A DNA stretch of 64,000 nucleotides from positions 255,519 to 319,518 of the IMG/VR virus record IMGVR_UViG_3300033997_000243; one strand, 5' to 3'. Each line of letters opens with the position of its first letter. The first letter of the stretch is position 1. The translations under genes and the position numbers were made by a program. Of the stretch, positions 10,724-21,107 are shown in pieces. The notes beneath the pieces are model-generated. The model made no database searches. It was not told the DNA's origin and saw only the letters and a list, made by a program, of their open reading frames with translations.

Positions 10724-11113
10724 TCAACAAATATTATGCAAACTATTTTGCGTAACTGGAAGCAAAGCAATACGTCTGCGATAAGACTCTCTCGATCCAT
10801 AATACTGAATCATACGCTTTCGCGCCAGACTTATTTTTAAAAGCTCGTCCCAATTCCAATCATCACCATCAAGAGAAGTTCTCTCAAACACATTCAATAT
10901 AACTGAAGATATTGTTTTAGATTTTGTAGGCCAAACACTTTTTACGATTGTACCATCATTACTAAGTACAATCAGAGCGGCCCGTTTAATCTTTGTGTTG
11001 ATAAATGAAAGTCGAACCCAAAACACAGTCAAACTATTATTTCGCATGTGATCGGGATTCATCTTTATTGGAATAAAGCTTAAGTCCATTAGAGCATAGT
11101 AGCGTTGTCCCAT
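10724..11113 (-). CDS. Hypothetical protein
   Basis: 129-aa ORF with GAGG RBS. Confidence 0.65.
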   Translation of the reverse strand: MGQRYYALMDLSFIPIKMNPDHMRNNSLTVFWVRLSFINTKIKRAALIVLSNDGTIVKSVWPTKSKTISSVILNVFERTSLDGDDWNWDELLKISLARKRMIQYYGSRESYRRRIALLPVTQNSLHNIC

Positions 11114-11125
11114 TTCACGATCCTC

Positions 11126-13108
11126 TTAATCGTTGGAACTTAACCCCAACAATTGCCGTCTGGCAGAGGCATCTTCACCGACAACTGATCTGTAAAACGC
11201 AAGATCTTCTTGAACTTTACCGTATTCAATTTGAATCAACTTTCTGTTGTTAATATCAAATGCTATGGCTTCAAGTAAATCTGCATCTGTCTCTCCCCAA
11301 CCTTTTGCACGGAACACACTTCCCTTCGGAGCATTTTTTGGTAACTTAGCTAAACATTCTTCCATTGTGTTTCCGCTGTAATGCACACCATTAACGAGTG
11401 CGTTATACAATTGAGCGTCAACAACAAACAAACGACCTTCTTTAATAAAGTCCGGCATAAGTTTATAGAAAAATGCGGTGATAAGTACGTTAATGTGAGA
11501 TCCATCAGCATCAGCATCAGCAAGCAACATTGCAACAGCAACTCGCAGATTCTTTGTACTGAATGTAGGATTATCAGCTTTAACATCCAAACTTTTTATG
11601 TCAACTCCCAAACTGTTCAGCATATCTTGAATGCGGTCATTTGAAAGTAAGGCACTTAGACTGACGTTCAATGCGTTTGGAATTTTACCGCCAAGTTTTA
11701 AAACTTCCTGATTAAAACCACGAGCATTTTTGGCAGTACCACCAGCCGAATCGCCTTCGACAAAATACAGCTCACGCTCATGCGGTTTACAATCTGGAGC
11801 TTCATAAAGTTTTATTGGCAGCTTACTTCCACCTTTTTTAACTTCGCTCATGCCTTTCATTGTTTTAGCAAGATCTTCACGGGAAGCCGCAACATCACTT
11901 GCGCGTTTTATAATCTGCTTGGCTAATGTTTTGTTCTTTGCAAAAAAATCGGTTAATGGTTGAGTCAGTAAATCACAAACTTCGTTATCGATTTTAGATA
12001 CCAGTTTATCTTTTACCTGACCACTAAATTGAGCGCTGTTCATTTTCCAGTTGATAATAGCAACTGCGCCAACATAAAGATCTTCTGGCTTAAACTTACC
12101 TGCTTTTTTGGGCAGATAGTTTTTCAAAGCTTTTGACATGGCCGCACGGAAACCATTTACATGCGTACCATGATCTATTGTTGGACTACTATTTACATAA
12201 CTTCTGAACAGATCACTGTCATAGTGATTAGACCATTGAATAGCAACTTTCAGGCTTGAGCCATCGAACTCGAATGGCTTACCCAAAGGCTCTAAATCAT
12301 GATCAGAAATTATTGAACTGACTACAGCACCCAAACCTTTATCATTGTAGAAAACCTGTTCTTTGTTTGTTTCAAGGTTTAGGAAACCAATATAAAGCTT
12401 GCTATTCATGGTACTCATGAACTTTAAATAATCAGCAAACTTTTGTTCTTCCAAAACAGCTTGGGTATATGTTTTAAGTTTTGAGGTACGACTAGCATCA
12501 ACGCTTATCACGCTTTGATCTGGAACCAAGCGAATGATAGTGCCAAGTCGCTTAAACTTTTTCTTGAGAGGTAAAAGATAACCAAACTTTTTCTTGAGGA
12601 AAGTGTCTGGAACCTTTTTAACCGGACTGGTTTCTTTTCCGCATGAAAAACTTTGGTAGTACCACTGATCTTCACGACAAGTCCAGACCTCAAGTTCTTT
12701 TGATAAAGCATTGACCGCAGAAATACCAACACCGTGCGTACCACCTGAAGTCTGATAAGCTTTTACATCAAATTTTCCGCCAGCATGAAGTTCAGTAAGA
12801 ATTACTGTTAATGCGCTTACTTTTTTACCTTCAACTGTTTTCATTCCAACAGGAATACCTTGAGCGCAGTCGGCAAAAACGTATTCACTTGTTTTGTTAT
12901 TAAAGGCTACATAGATTGCGTTGTTGCGTCCAGCTTCGTATTCATCGCGGCTGTTTTCAACAGCTTCTTTGCCCATGCGATACATCATTGAATCGCCAAG
13001 CTCACCCATGTACATACCAGCGTTTAATCTAACACCAGCTAAACCTTTGTGAACCTGAATACTATCTTCATCATAAGTATTTGCAGATTTTGCTTTTGCT
13101 TTAGCCAT
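11126..13108 (-). CDS. gyrB: Type IIA topoisomerase subunit B
   Basis: ENSRDE, LHAGGKF, SGGTHGVGISAVNALS, VEGDSAGG, ADADADGSHI (TOPRIM). Confidence 0.95.
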   Translation of the reverse strand: MAKAKAKSANTYDEDSIQVHKGLAGVRLNAGMYMGELGDSMMYRMGKEAVENSRDEYEAGRNNAIYVAFNNKTSEYVFADCAQGIPVGMKTVEGKKVSALTVILTELHAGGKFDVKAYQTSGGTHGVGISAVNALSKELEVWTCREDQWYYQSFSCGKETSPVKKVPDTFLKKKFGYLLPLKKKFKRLGTIIRLVPDQSVISVDASRTSKLKTYTQAVLEEQKFADYLKFMSTMNSKLYIGFLNLETNKEQVFYNDKGLGAVVSSIISDHDLEPLGKPFEFDGSSLKVAIQWSNHYDSDLFRSYVNSSPTIDHGTHVNGFRAAMSKALKNYLPKKAGKFKPEDLYVGAVAIINWKMNSAQFSGQVKDKLVSKIDNEVCDLLTQPLTDFFAKNKTLAKQIIKRASDVAASREDLAKTMKGMSEVKKGGSKLPIKLYEAPDCKPHERELYFVEGDSAGGTAKNARGFNQEVLKLGGKIPNALNVSLSALLSNDRIQDMLNSLGVDIKSLDVKADNPTFSTKNLRVAVAMLLADADADGSHINVLITAFFYKLMPDFIKEGRLFVVDAQLYNALVNGVHYSGNTMEECLAKLPKNAPKGSVFRAKGWGETDADLLEAIAFDINNRKLIQIEYGKVQEDLAFYRSVVGEDASARRQLLGLSSND

Positions 13109-13120
13109 TGGGATCTTTCC

Positions 13121-13498
13121 TTAAGGCGTATTGTTATTTGTATTGAAATAACGAGACTCCAACACTTGAATTATTTTTGAAGTCAGATCTGGATCAGCAT
13201 CTGGTAATCTTCCAGAAGAAATAAGGTTAAGAACTTTTACATAAGCATTAACCAATTTCAGATCAGAAGAATCTAACTTGACTGGTATCTGAGAAAAATT
13301 TTCGTCAAGAACGGTGGCGACAATTTCAATAGGCGCTGTGATTGAGTTACCTGTAGCTGTTATCAGGAAAGTATAACCATCCAAAATAAAAGCTCGGAAA
13401 ACATCTTGACGGAAAACATCAACCTTAGCCTCAAACTTTTCAAACCACGAAGTTCCTTGATTCTGCAAAGAAGTCAAGCGCTTTTTAATGCTCGGCAT
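13121..13498 (-). CDS. Hypothetical protein
   Basis: 125-aa ORF in operon. Confidence 0.65.
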   Translation of the reverse strand: MPSIKKRLTSLQNQGTSWFEKFEAKVDVFRQDVFRAFILDGYTFLITATGNSITAPIEIVATVLDENFSQIPVKLDSSDLKLVNAYVKVLNLISSGRLPDADPDLTSKIIQVLESRYFNTNNNTP

Positions 13499-13913
13499 TT
13501 AAAGTTATCCCCAAACATTTTCGGAAATATTCGTTAATTCCATCAATCTGAATAGATAAAATCTTTTCTTCGCTGAGATTATAATGTTTCCCTAGCAAGG
13601 AAAGATTTGCATTAACAGCATCAAGAACCATAGAGGTTTCTATCAGACTAACTTTTAGAATTTCCAAAGAGGCTTTGGCACAAGATACTGAACCTTCCCA
13701 AATTGCAATATCTTCTGGATCTAGATTGTCCTTGTTTTTAGTAAGGATTCTATTTCCTTTTGCAACTAAGTTTGTTTGTTCAGTTTTTTGTTGCTCTAGT
13801 TCAAGTAAGTTGAGGCGAAGCGAAGTGCGGTAAGAAACCATGTAAGCATAAAGCTCAACAGGATCTTTTATGTGAAGCAGATTATTGGTTACATGAGCCA
13901 AACTCGTGTTCAT
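13485..13913 (-). CDS. Hypothetical protein
   Basis: 142-aa ORF in operon. Confidence 0.65.
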   Translation of the reverse strand: MNTSLAHVTNNLLHIKDPVELYAYMVSYRTSLRLNLLELEQQKTEQTNLVAKGNRILTKNKDNLDPEDIAIWEGSVSCAKASLEILKVSLIETSMVLDAVNANLSLLGKHYNLSEEKILSIQIDGINEYFRKCLGITLNAEH

Positions 13914-13946
13914 TTCTCAATTCCATTCGCTAGAGAACTTTTACGA

Positions 13947-13970
13947 AAAAAGCCGCAAGAAGCGGCTTTT
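13947..13970. terminator. Intrinsic terminator, potentially bidirectional
   Basis: AAAAGCCGC-aagaa-GCGGCTTTT. Confidence 0.7.
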
Positions 13971-13992
13971 GTTTGTTAACGACTAAAATTTA

Positions 13993-14460
13993 TTATTCAA
14001 AATCGAAGTCGTTATTTTTCTTTTTTGTAGAAGGCTTTTTGTCAGCTTTCTTGTCTGACTTGGCCGGAGCTTTTTTGTCAGCAGACTTTTTATCAGCTGG
14101 CTTTTTGTCAACTTTCTTGTCTGACTTGGCCGGAGCTTTTTTGTCAGCAGACTTTTTATCAGCTTTCTTATCCGCTTTGGCCGGAGCTTTTTTGTCAGCT
14201 TTTTTGTCAGCTTTCTTATCCGCTTTGGCCGGAGCTTTCTTATCGGCTACCGGAGCTTTTTTGTCAGCTTTGGCAGGAGCTTTTGCGGCAGGAGCTGGAT
14301 TACCTGCTAAAGCTTCGGCTTGCTGTTTTGTAGCGGCAGCAACTGCTTCTGCTTGTTCAGCGGCTTTAACTAAAGCTTCTGCTTGTTTGCGTAAAGCAGC
14401 GGCTTGCTTTGTAGAAGCAGTTGCACTTTTGTTCAGTGCGGAAATAGCTTGTTTACTCAT
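13993..14460 (-). CDS. Histone H1-like Lys/Ala-rich repeat protein
   Basis: Tandem KKAPAKAD/KKAD repeats after an Ala-rich N-terminal helix. Confidence 0.8.
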   Translation of the reverse strand: MSKQAISALNKSATASTKQAAALRKQAEALVKAAEQAEAVAAATKQQAEALAGNPAPAAKAPAKADKKAPVADKKAPAKADKKADKKADKKAPAKADKKADKKSADKKAPAKSDKKVDKKPADKKSADKKAPAKSDKKADKKPSTKKKNNDFDFE

Positions 14461-14548
14461 TTTTCAATTTCTCTTATTGCGAATTAAAGGAAAGCGATGC
14501 AATACACATCGCTTTAAATTTTAAAGAAGGTTAGTTAGAGGTCAGGGA

Positions 14549-15265
14549 TTAATCTTCTTCCCACTCTTCCTCTTCTTCCTCTTCTTCCTCTTCTTCCTCT
14601 TCCTCTTCTTCGTCAGAGGAATAGTTTTCTTCCAGCCACTCACGCAGAGTATCTTCGTTCTTCAGCGCCTTCTTAGGCGGCTCAAGATCGTTTTCTTTTG
14701 CGAAAGCCTTCATTTCTTTTAAATCCATTTCTTCAAAGTCTGGTTCTTCAGACTCTTCTTCCTCTTCTTCCTCTTCTTCGTCAGAGGAATAGTTTTCTTC
14801 CAACCACTCGCGCAGGTCATCTTCGTCTTTCAGAACTTTGGCAGGAACTTCCAGATCATTTTCTTTCACAAACTTTTTCAGTGCTTTGTGATCCATGTCC
14901 TCGAAGTCAGGAGAATCAGATTCTTCTTCCTCTTCTTCCTCTTCCTCTTCGGAATACTGCTCAGCTAAAAACTCGCGCAGGTCATCTTCATCTTTGATCT
15001 TTTTAGGGATCTCGATTTCGTTGTCTTTAGCAAACTTTTTCAGCTGCTTCAGATTCATTTCTTCAAAGTCTGGTTCATCAGACTCTTCTTCCTCTTCGAC
15101 TTCTTCATCCTTTTTGGATTTTTTGCCTTTGGAGGATTTACCGGCAGGAGCGCCTACAGCGGCAACAACGTCATCAGCTTCGATAACACCTTCTTCAACA
15201 CAAACTGTCAGCAATTCCAGTAACGCAGAAGCAACTGTTTTTCCGGCGGTCTTTTTCTTTGACAT
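14549..15265 (-). CDS. Highly acidic protein with three tandem HEH/Rho-N-like repeats
   Basis: Three copies of PDFEEM..K.LK.FAK.N.LE.P.K..KDEDDLREWL separated by poly-Glu. Confidence 0.8.
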   Translation of the reverse strand: MSKKKTAGKTVASALLELLTVCVEEGVIEADDVVAAVGAPAGKSSKGKKSKKDEEVEEEEESDEPDFEEMNLKQLKKFAKDNEIEIPKKIKDEDDLREFLAEQYSEEEEEEEEEESDSPDFEDMDHKALKKFVKENDLEVPAKVLKDEDDLREWLEENYSSDEEEEEEEEESEEPDFEEMDLKEMKAFAKENDLEPPKKALKNEDTLREWLEENYSSDEEEEEEEEEEEEEEEEWEED

Positions 15266-15377
15266 GATATTTTCCCAATGTTCTACTGTTATAAAAAATT
15301 GTTTATACCATTTAGGTATACTAAAGAATTTACAGTATTCCCAAAGCAGACTAAACTAAGGGAATACTTGAAAAGAA

Positions 15378-15899
15378 TTACTCGGCCAGTTCGGTCTGCA
15401 TTTCAAAGCCGTCAGTATTTGACGTATTAAAAACAGTAACGTCACCAGTGTCCAAATTTGTGATAACATTGGCAGAACCGCGAGTTTCAACATTGGCACG
15501 TTTGATTTCACGAACAACTTCTTGTGACATCACGGTGATTTGAGCGCGTTCACCTACAGCACCAGTGTACATGATTACATCTTTCGCTGGAAAGATTGAA
15601 ACTGTTTGCTTGGAAGAACGAGGTTTTGTGTGTGAGAAAACAAAAGATTCACCTTCGATTTTCAGCAAATAACCTTGCAGGTGTTGGGCAGTGCGTTTCG
15701 CAACAATACGAACACGTAATTCCATTTTAGGGTTGTGTTTGCGTAAAGAAATTTTGGAAAGTTTGCTTTCAAACTTATCAAGCATCGAAGGCTGGCCAGC
15801 TTTCTTAACTTTTGTAGCAGGAGCTTTGGCAGGTACTTTACCGGCAGCTTTTACAGGGGCTTTGCCTTTGGTTAAAGGCAGTTTCTTTTGGTTTGACAT
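15378..15899 (-). CDS. Hypothetical protein, basic N-tail plus possible Sm/Hfq-like beta domain
   Basis: LRVRIV...HLQGYLLKIE...VSIFPAKDVIMY; the fold is an inference. Confidence 0.6.
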   Translation of the reverse strand: MSNQKKLPLTKGKAPVKAAGKVPAKAPATKVKKAGQPSMLDKFESKLSKISLRKHNPKMELRVRIVAKRTAQHLQGYLLKIEGESFVFSHTKPRSSKQTVSIFPAKDVIMYTGAVGERAQITVMSQEVVREIKRANVETRGSANVITNLDTGDVTVFNTSNTDGFEMQTELAE

Positions 15900-15995
15900 A
15901 GCTATAAATTTCCTTTGCGATTTTAGTCAAAAGCGACAGTTATTACATTATCATCGGCAGGTCAGAATTCTAAAATTCCTCCCGACCTGCCTATG

Positions 15996-16008
15996 TATTT
16001 ACAGTTTT
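15996..16008 (-). promoter_or_regulatory. Class-II promoter motif AAACTGTAAATA
   Basis: Intergenic copy; the motif recurs upstream of several genes. Confidence 0.6.
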
Positions 16009-16022
16009 AGCAGACCAGCAGC

Positions 16023-18173
16023 TTACTCAATGACAATCATTGAGTTTGCAGACCACGGCAACAGGTAAGAAATTGAATCAAAATCAGATAACAGAGTGTG
16101 AACAATGTCGGTTTCGACTTCTGACTCAGTTTCTTCTTCTGAATCAATTTCTTCTTCTGTTTCTTCAACTTCTTCGCTTTCGTACTCTTCATCCAATTCA
16201 CCATCGAATTCAAATTCAGAGTCCTGCATTTCAGCGGCCTGTTCTGCTTTTTCACGAACATATTCAACTAACTGTTCGCGGCTATAGTAGCCTGTTTTGT
16301 TAAACAGATCAACAACAGCACGAGATTTTAACAGCAGATCTAAATCGGCTGCAAAAGTAACCATGATTTCAATCGACTCTTCTGTCGCTTCATCAGCAAT
16401 TGCTTGAGCAGATTTTTTTAGTGCCGTCAGATTTCCGCGCAACTTTTCTGAATCACGGCTACGGCCCAACATTGGGACGTTCAGAGATACGAAAAAGTTG
16501 TACACGATTTCATTTTCAGTATCACCGACTGAAGGTTGAACATTGATAGAAGCTAAATCGCTTAAATCAATACCTTCTGGTAATACGTTGTCATCGGTTA
16601 AACCGTAGACCAAAGCTTTTGCAACTTTTTGCAGGTTCTCACAAATACCGTAAACGGTTTGATGAACAGCAATTGTTGGGCCGCAGTAAACGCGCTGTTT
16701 CATGTTAAACTCTGCAACCATTTGCGATAATGATTGCATTGGATCTACAAACCAGCCCATATTTTTGTCATCGGTTTCACGACGGCGTAACGGATGATTG
16801 GCACACATTGCATTTTCACCAATGTAAATTGCGGCCAGTTCTTCCTGATCGATTTCACGAGTTTGCTGTGTGCCAGCCGATAAAACCAGAATAATGCGAG
16901 AAGAAGTTGTAAGTTCAAAGTGCGGAACTTCTGAACCTAAATAATCTACTTCTTCTAAGTGACGAATCACTTCGGCATTCAAAGCTTCAGCTTCAGCTTC
17001 AGCTTGCATTTCTGCTTCGATTTCGGCATCCATTTCAGCCAGTTGTTCTTCGGTGAATTCGATCTGAACACCATCTTCTTCATCTTCATCAGAAACATAG
17101 TTTTCAGGATCGTCGCGTTCAACTTCTTCGACTTCTTCTTCATGAGTTTCAAAGTCGTCAGTTTCGTCAGAAGTTTCTGATTCATCTTCGGCTTCTACTT
17201 CAGCCAAAGCTTTGTTTTCAGCAACGGCCAGAACGTCAGAATACTGGCCGCGTAATTCTTCACGAATTTCTGAAGTACCTAAGTCAGAAATTTCTGAAAG
17301 CTGATCAGCTGTTAAGCTAATGTGCTGTTCAAAATGAGAAAGCAAGGCTTTGCGATCCATAGAGTCCAGAACTTCCAGAAATTTATCTTCGTCACCGTTG
17401 GTAGCATGTTCCAGAAGTTCATCAAAATCTGAATCATCAACTTTTTCAGTTCCGGTGATTTCCTGCATAACCTGCGCTGTTGAAACAGTTTCGTTTTCTG
17501 CAAAATCAAATTCGCTCGACTCTTCGGCTTCAAAATCGCTGGCAGTCGGCACAGCATCAACAACTACAGTTGTACTTTCATCTGAATCTTCAGCATAAAT
17601 TTTGTTGATTGCAGCAATCAACATTTGACGAGCTTCGTCTGAAGTTTCAGCGTTTTCTGTAGCTTCATCGGCATAACCGCCTAAGTGAATAAGCAGATCG
17701 GCCAGACCATCATCAGAAAGTTGTTCAACTTTTGAAGGGTCTGAGTAATCAACCATCGGATCGAATTCAGCAAAATCAGCTTCATCAAAAGTAGAGTTTG
17801 CCGAATTTCCGCCAGATAAAGCGGCCAACAACGGATCAATTTCGGCACGAAGTTTGTTGCGAGATTCAGCACCGTTTTTAATACCTTTCAACAAAGCTTC
17901 CGCATTACCACCTAAATGATTCAACAGATCTTTGTGGCCTTTCAAACTTAACTCTTCCAGATTCACCGGATTGGTGTAATCAACAGATGGATTGAATTGC
18001 TTTTTCTCTGGAGCAGGAATTTTAACTTCGTTAACGTACATTGCGGTTTCTCCAACATTTGTTTTTGGTTCAGCCACAACAGGCGCTGAGTTCGGCACTA
18101 CTTTAGATTGTTGCATAGAAGCAGCGGCAGCTGCACTAACTTTAGGCAACAACTTATGTTTTGGTTTTAGCAT
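16023..18173 (-). CDS. Large acidic hypothetical protein with internal repeats
   Basis: Two FxPxVDY..P...E.LS..G..DLL.HLGG repeats; E/D-rich tracts. Confidence 0.8.
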   Translation of the reverse strand: MLKPKHKLLPKVSAAAAASMQQSKVVPNSAPVVAEPKTNVGETAMYVNEVKIPAPEKKQFNPSVDYTNPVNLEELSLKGHKDLLNHLGGNAEALLKGIKNGAESRNKLRAEIDPLLAALSGGNSANSTFDEADFAEFDPMVDYSDPSKVEQLSDDGLADLLIHLGGYADEATENAETSDEARQMLIAAINKIYAEDSDESTTVVVDAVPTASDFEAEESSEFDFAENETVSTAQVMQEITGTEKVDDSDFDELLEHATNGDEDKFLEVLDSMDRKALLSHFEQHISLTADQLSEISDLGTSEIREELRGQYSDVLAVAENKALAEVEAEDESETSDETDDFETHEEEVEEVERDDPENYVSDEDEEDGVQIEFTEEQLAEMDAEIEAEMQAEAEAEALNAEVIRHLEEVDYLGSEVPHFELTTSSRIILVLSAGTQQTREIDQEELAAIYIGENAMCANHPLRRRETDDKNMGWFVDPMQSLSQMVAEFNMKQRVYCGPTIAVHQTVYGICENLQKVAKALVYGLTDDNVLPEGIDLSDLASINVQPSVGDTENEIVYNFFVSLNVPMLGRSRDSEKLRGNLTALKKSAQAIADEATEESIEIMVTFAADLDLLLKSRAVVDLFNKTGYYSREQLVEYVREKAEQAAEMQDSEFEFDGELDEEYESEEVEETEEEIDSEEETESEVETDIVHTLLSDFDSISYLLPWSANSMIVIE

Positions 18174-18181
18174 AATGTCCT

Positions 18182-19459
18182 CTAGGCTTTTTGCCAGTAC
18201 ATTTTAGGTTTTGAAATTCTCACAACTGGCTGAGTTCCATTTTTGCCCTTTCTGCTTTCGAGACTGGAACTCTGAGCTGTTTTTGATTCACAACAAACAA
18301 AACCCAAACTTTTTAGTTTGCTCATAATCTGAGTGTGTTTAACGCTCGGTGGAGTGCATGTGATCTCATTTGAATTTGAGCAAAGAAATAAATCTAATGC
18401 TTTAAAACAAAATAAATTCACTGGGTCATTTGCTTTCGCAACTTCACGAGCTTTTTTACGCAATTCACGATTGGCTTCTCGCTTTTCTTCAAAAGCATCA
18501 ATCAACTTTTTAGCGGCTTCAGCCAAATTAATCTGGCGTCGTGTTGGCCGTTTTATTTGATCGAACTCTGAAAGATAAAGCACTGCCTTTGCTTTCTTTT
18601 CACGATACTTATCTAAGAATCCAATATATGGACTTTTTCGATCCGCACGTTCACGATAGATCTCAGCTAAACGATCAACATCGTGAATAATCCATTCATG
18701 AATCACCGAAGCATAATCCATTTCAGGATCGTATTCGTTGCGCTCAAGTTTGCCGTAAACAACATAATACTGCTCACTTTTACCAAAAGCACCGTCAGGT
18801 AAATTCGGTGGAACAATGTTTGAAGCTTGATACGTAAAATCAACAAACTTTTCTTTTTGTTTGGAGTCTACGTAATTCAGAAAAGCAGAAACTAACTTAG
18901 TCTGACCAGCAACTTTTTTATAAACGCAGTACATATCATAAGCGTCAGTTTGAACACGAACAAAACTTTTACCTAAACAAGATTTTGCTGGCCCATCTAC
19001 TATTTTGAACTGAGAAATACTCTTCATCAATTTTAAATAGTGATCAGAAGGAACATAAGTCACACTGCAATCTAAAGCGGAGCGCATGTGTTCTTTTAAA
19101 ACTGATCTTAGATCTTTTTTCGTTAATACGGAATCAGGCAACTGAACCGCATCATAACCAGCAACTTCATTCCAAAGCATTTTATTTATATTGCTTTGGG
19201 GCAAAGCTAAACCGCATTCGTAAAGTAATGCAACTTTTTCACAAGCAACATAACTACCACGACAAATTTGATTGTACAAATTAATAAGGTGCGAACGTGA
19301 TATACGCAACATGAAATGATGTTCGCTGCTTGCGCTACCTCGCGCTACCCAACGATCACCAGACAAAGGCACAGCAGTAGTAATCAAACAATTTGTTAAA
19401 GCGTTTGGCGCTTGTTCATGCAAAATGCTTGAATAGATCAACTTTGTGTGCTGATTCAT
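18182..19459 (-). CDS. Hypothetical protein, possibly a degenerate NAD-dependent DNA ligase adenylation domain
   Basis: YVACEKVALLYECG and HTQIMSKLKSLGF resemble LigA segments; no intact KxDG. Confidence 0.45.
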   Translation of the reverse strand: MNQHTKLIYSSILHEQAPNALTNCLITTAVPLSGDRWVARGSASSEHHFMLRISRSHLINLYNQICRGSYVACEKVALLYECGLALPQSNINKMLWNEVAGYDAVQLPDSVLTKKDLRSVLKEHMRSALDCSVTYVPSDHYLKLMKSISQFKIVDGPAKSCLGKSFVRVQTDAYDMYCVYKKVAGQTKLVSAFLNYVDSKQKEKFVDFTYQASNIVPPNLPDGAFGKSEQYYVVYGKLERNEYDPEMDYASVIHEWIIHDVDRLAEIYRERADRKSPYIGFLDKYREKKAKAVLYLSEFDQIKRPTRRQINLAEAAKKLIDAFEEKREANRELRKKAREVAKANDPVNLFCFKALDLFLCSNSNEITCTPPSVKHTQIMSKLKSLGFVCCESKTAQSSSLESRKGKNGTQPVVRISKPKMYWQKA

Positions 19460-19474
19460 AAATTTTCCAGATTA

Positions 19475-19496
19475 GGCGGTAGGAATTCCTACCGCC
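19475..19496. repeat. Perfect 22-bp palindrome (terminator hairpin or operator)
   Basis: GGCGGTAGGAATTCCTACCGCC, intergenic. Confidence 0.85.
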
Positions 19497-19551
19497 AATT
19501 TACTTGGTTAAAGATTCTTCCTCTTCGTCATCTTCCTCTTAAGCTAGAGGA

Positions 19552-21018
19552 TTATTCGCTCTCGAACTCGAAGTCCTCTTCGCCAGTAGTTTCTTCAGCG
19601 TCAACCAACTTTTCAATCAGTAAAGCTTTCAACGCTTTGATTTTACGGAAGTGACGGATGTTCTGCGAAACTTTACCAACTTTATCGCTGTATTGTTTTG
19701 CAATTTCCAGTAAAGAATCGAAGTCGCGGATTTCGTTGATTTCTTCGGCAGTAATGCCTTCCTCAACTTCTTCTTCCTCCTCTTCCTCTTCTTCAGTTTC
19801 TTCAAAGAACAGGCTGACCACGTATTCGATCAGTTCTTCTTTATCCAAACCTTCGATGTAATCAACAGTAGCTTCGTAATCTTCGCTACCTTCTTCACCT
19901 AAATCAACAGCACCAAAGATGAAAGTGCGGATTTCTGATTCAGAGTAATCGGCCAGTGCGTCAGCGGCTTCTTCAGCAGATTCACAGCCTTCTAAAAGAT
20001 TTGAATCATCTTCAGATTCTTCTTCCTCTTCTTCGGCTTCGTCCAGCTCGTCCAGTTCATCAACTTCTTCTTCCTCCAGTTCATCAACTTCTGTTTCCTC
20101 TTCTTCAGAGAAAGGAACAAAGTCTAAACTCTCAAAGTCTTTTGAACCAACATCTTTTGGTTCACCGTTTTCATCTTCCAGAATCAAACGAACTGGATCA
20201 CGTTGCATACCAGCAAAGTAGTAAGTTTTACCATCTTCGTCAACTAAGCGTGAACCGATGACAAACTCTTCCATTTCTTCTTCGTCCAGTTGCAGTGCGG
20301 CAAACACACGTTGAGCAACTTTTGAATTCGCGGCAACCTGACTTTCCCACAGACCTTCTTCAACCAGAGATAAAGTTTCTTCGCTGAAGTTAAATTCTAC
20401 AGCTTCTTCCTCTTCTTCCAGTTCTTCCAGTTCTTCTTCCAACTCTTCCTCTTCTTCAGGAATGTCAAAAGTTAAATCTGACATGCAAAGAATAACGGTC
20501 GGATCGCCACCTTCTTCTTCGATTTGTGCGCCAGTGTTTACGCTAACGAAATTGTCAAAGCGTTTTGGCAAATGTTCACGCAGAATTTCTTCAACCGCTG
20601 AACGAATTTCACCTGACTGTTCAGTAACATTTTCGATAGTAATGGCATCAACTTCTTCCAGTTCTTCCACAACTTTGGTGGCAGACTTACGTGCAGGTTT
20701 TGTTTCAGCAACTTTTTTGCCAGCTGGTTTTTTGTCGGCTTTGGCCGGAGCTTTTGCTGGAGCTTTTTTGTCGGCTTTGGCCGGAGCTTTTTTAACTTTT
20801 GGCAAAGTCACATAACCAGAACCAACTTTTGCACCGTCAACAGGCTGATCGATTTCTTCAAACTTTTGACCATCACGTACAACACAATTTGCGGCAACGC
20901 CTTTACGACGACCTTGCAGTTTGTAACCAGTTTTAGTTGTCTCTGTGATAGTGTCACGCGAACCATCTAACAGAGTAATTTTTTTACCGACTAAAGTTTC
21001 ATTAGGAGTTACTTTCAT
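19552..21018 (-). CDS. Acidic protein with N-terminal KKAPAK repeats
   Basis: Start reassigned to MKVTPNE (AGGAAAG RBS); poly-Glu tracts. Confidence 0.8.
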   Translation of the reverse strand: MKVTPNETLVGKKITLLDGSRDTITETTKTGYKLQGRRKGVAANCVVRDGQKFEEIDQPVDGAKVGSGYVTLPKVKKAPAKADKKAPAKAPAKADKKPAGKKVAETKPARKSATKVVEELEEVDAITIENVTEQSGEIRSAVEEILREHLPKRFDNFVSVNTGAQIEEEGGDPTVILCMSDLTFDIPEEEEELEEELEELEEEEEAVEFNFSEETLSLVEEGLWESQVAANSKVAQRVFAALQLDEEEMEEFVIGSRLVDEDGKTYYFAGMQRDPVRLILEDENGEPKDVGSKDFESLDFVPFSEEEETEVDELEEEEVDELDELDEAEEEEEESEDDSNLLEGCESAEEAADALADYSESEIRTFIFGAVDLGEEGSEDYEATVDYIEGLDKEELIEYVVSLFFEETEEEEEEEEEVEEGITAEEINEIRDFDSLLEIAKQYSDKVGKVSQNIRHFRKIKALKALLIEKLVDAEETTGEEDFEFESE

Positions 21019-21049
21019 TTCAACTTTCCTTACATTGGATTCAAATAAA

Positions 21050-21060
21050 TATTTACAGAA
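21050..21060 (-). promoter_or_regulatory. Class-II promoter motif CTGTAAATA
   Basis: About 30 nt upstream of ATG 21018. Confidence 0.55.
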
Positions 21061-21107
21061 CGGTCGGAGCAGGATTGCCCCACACATTAATCAAACAAAC
21101 TTTTTTG

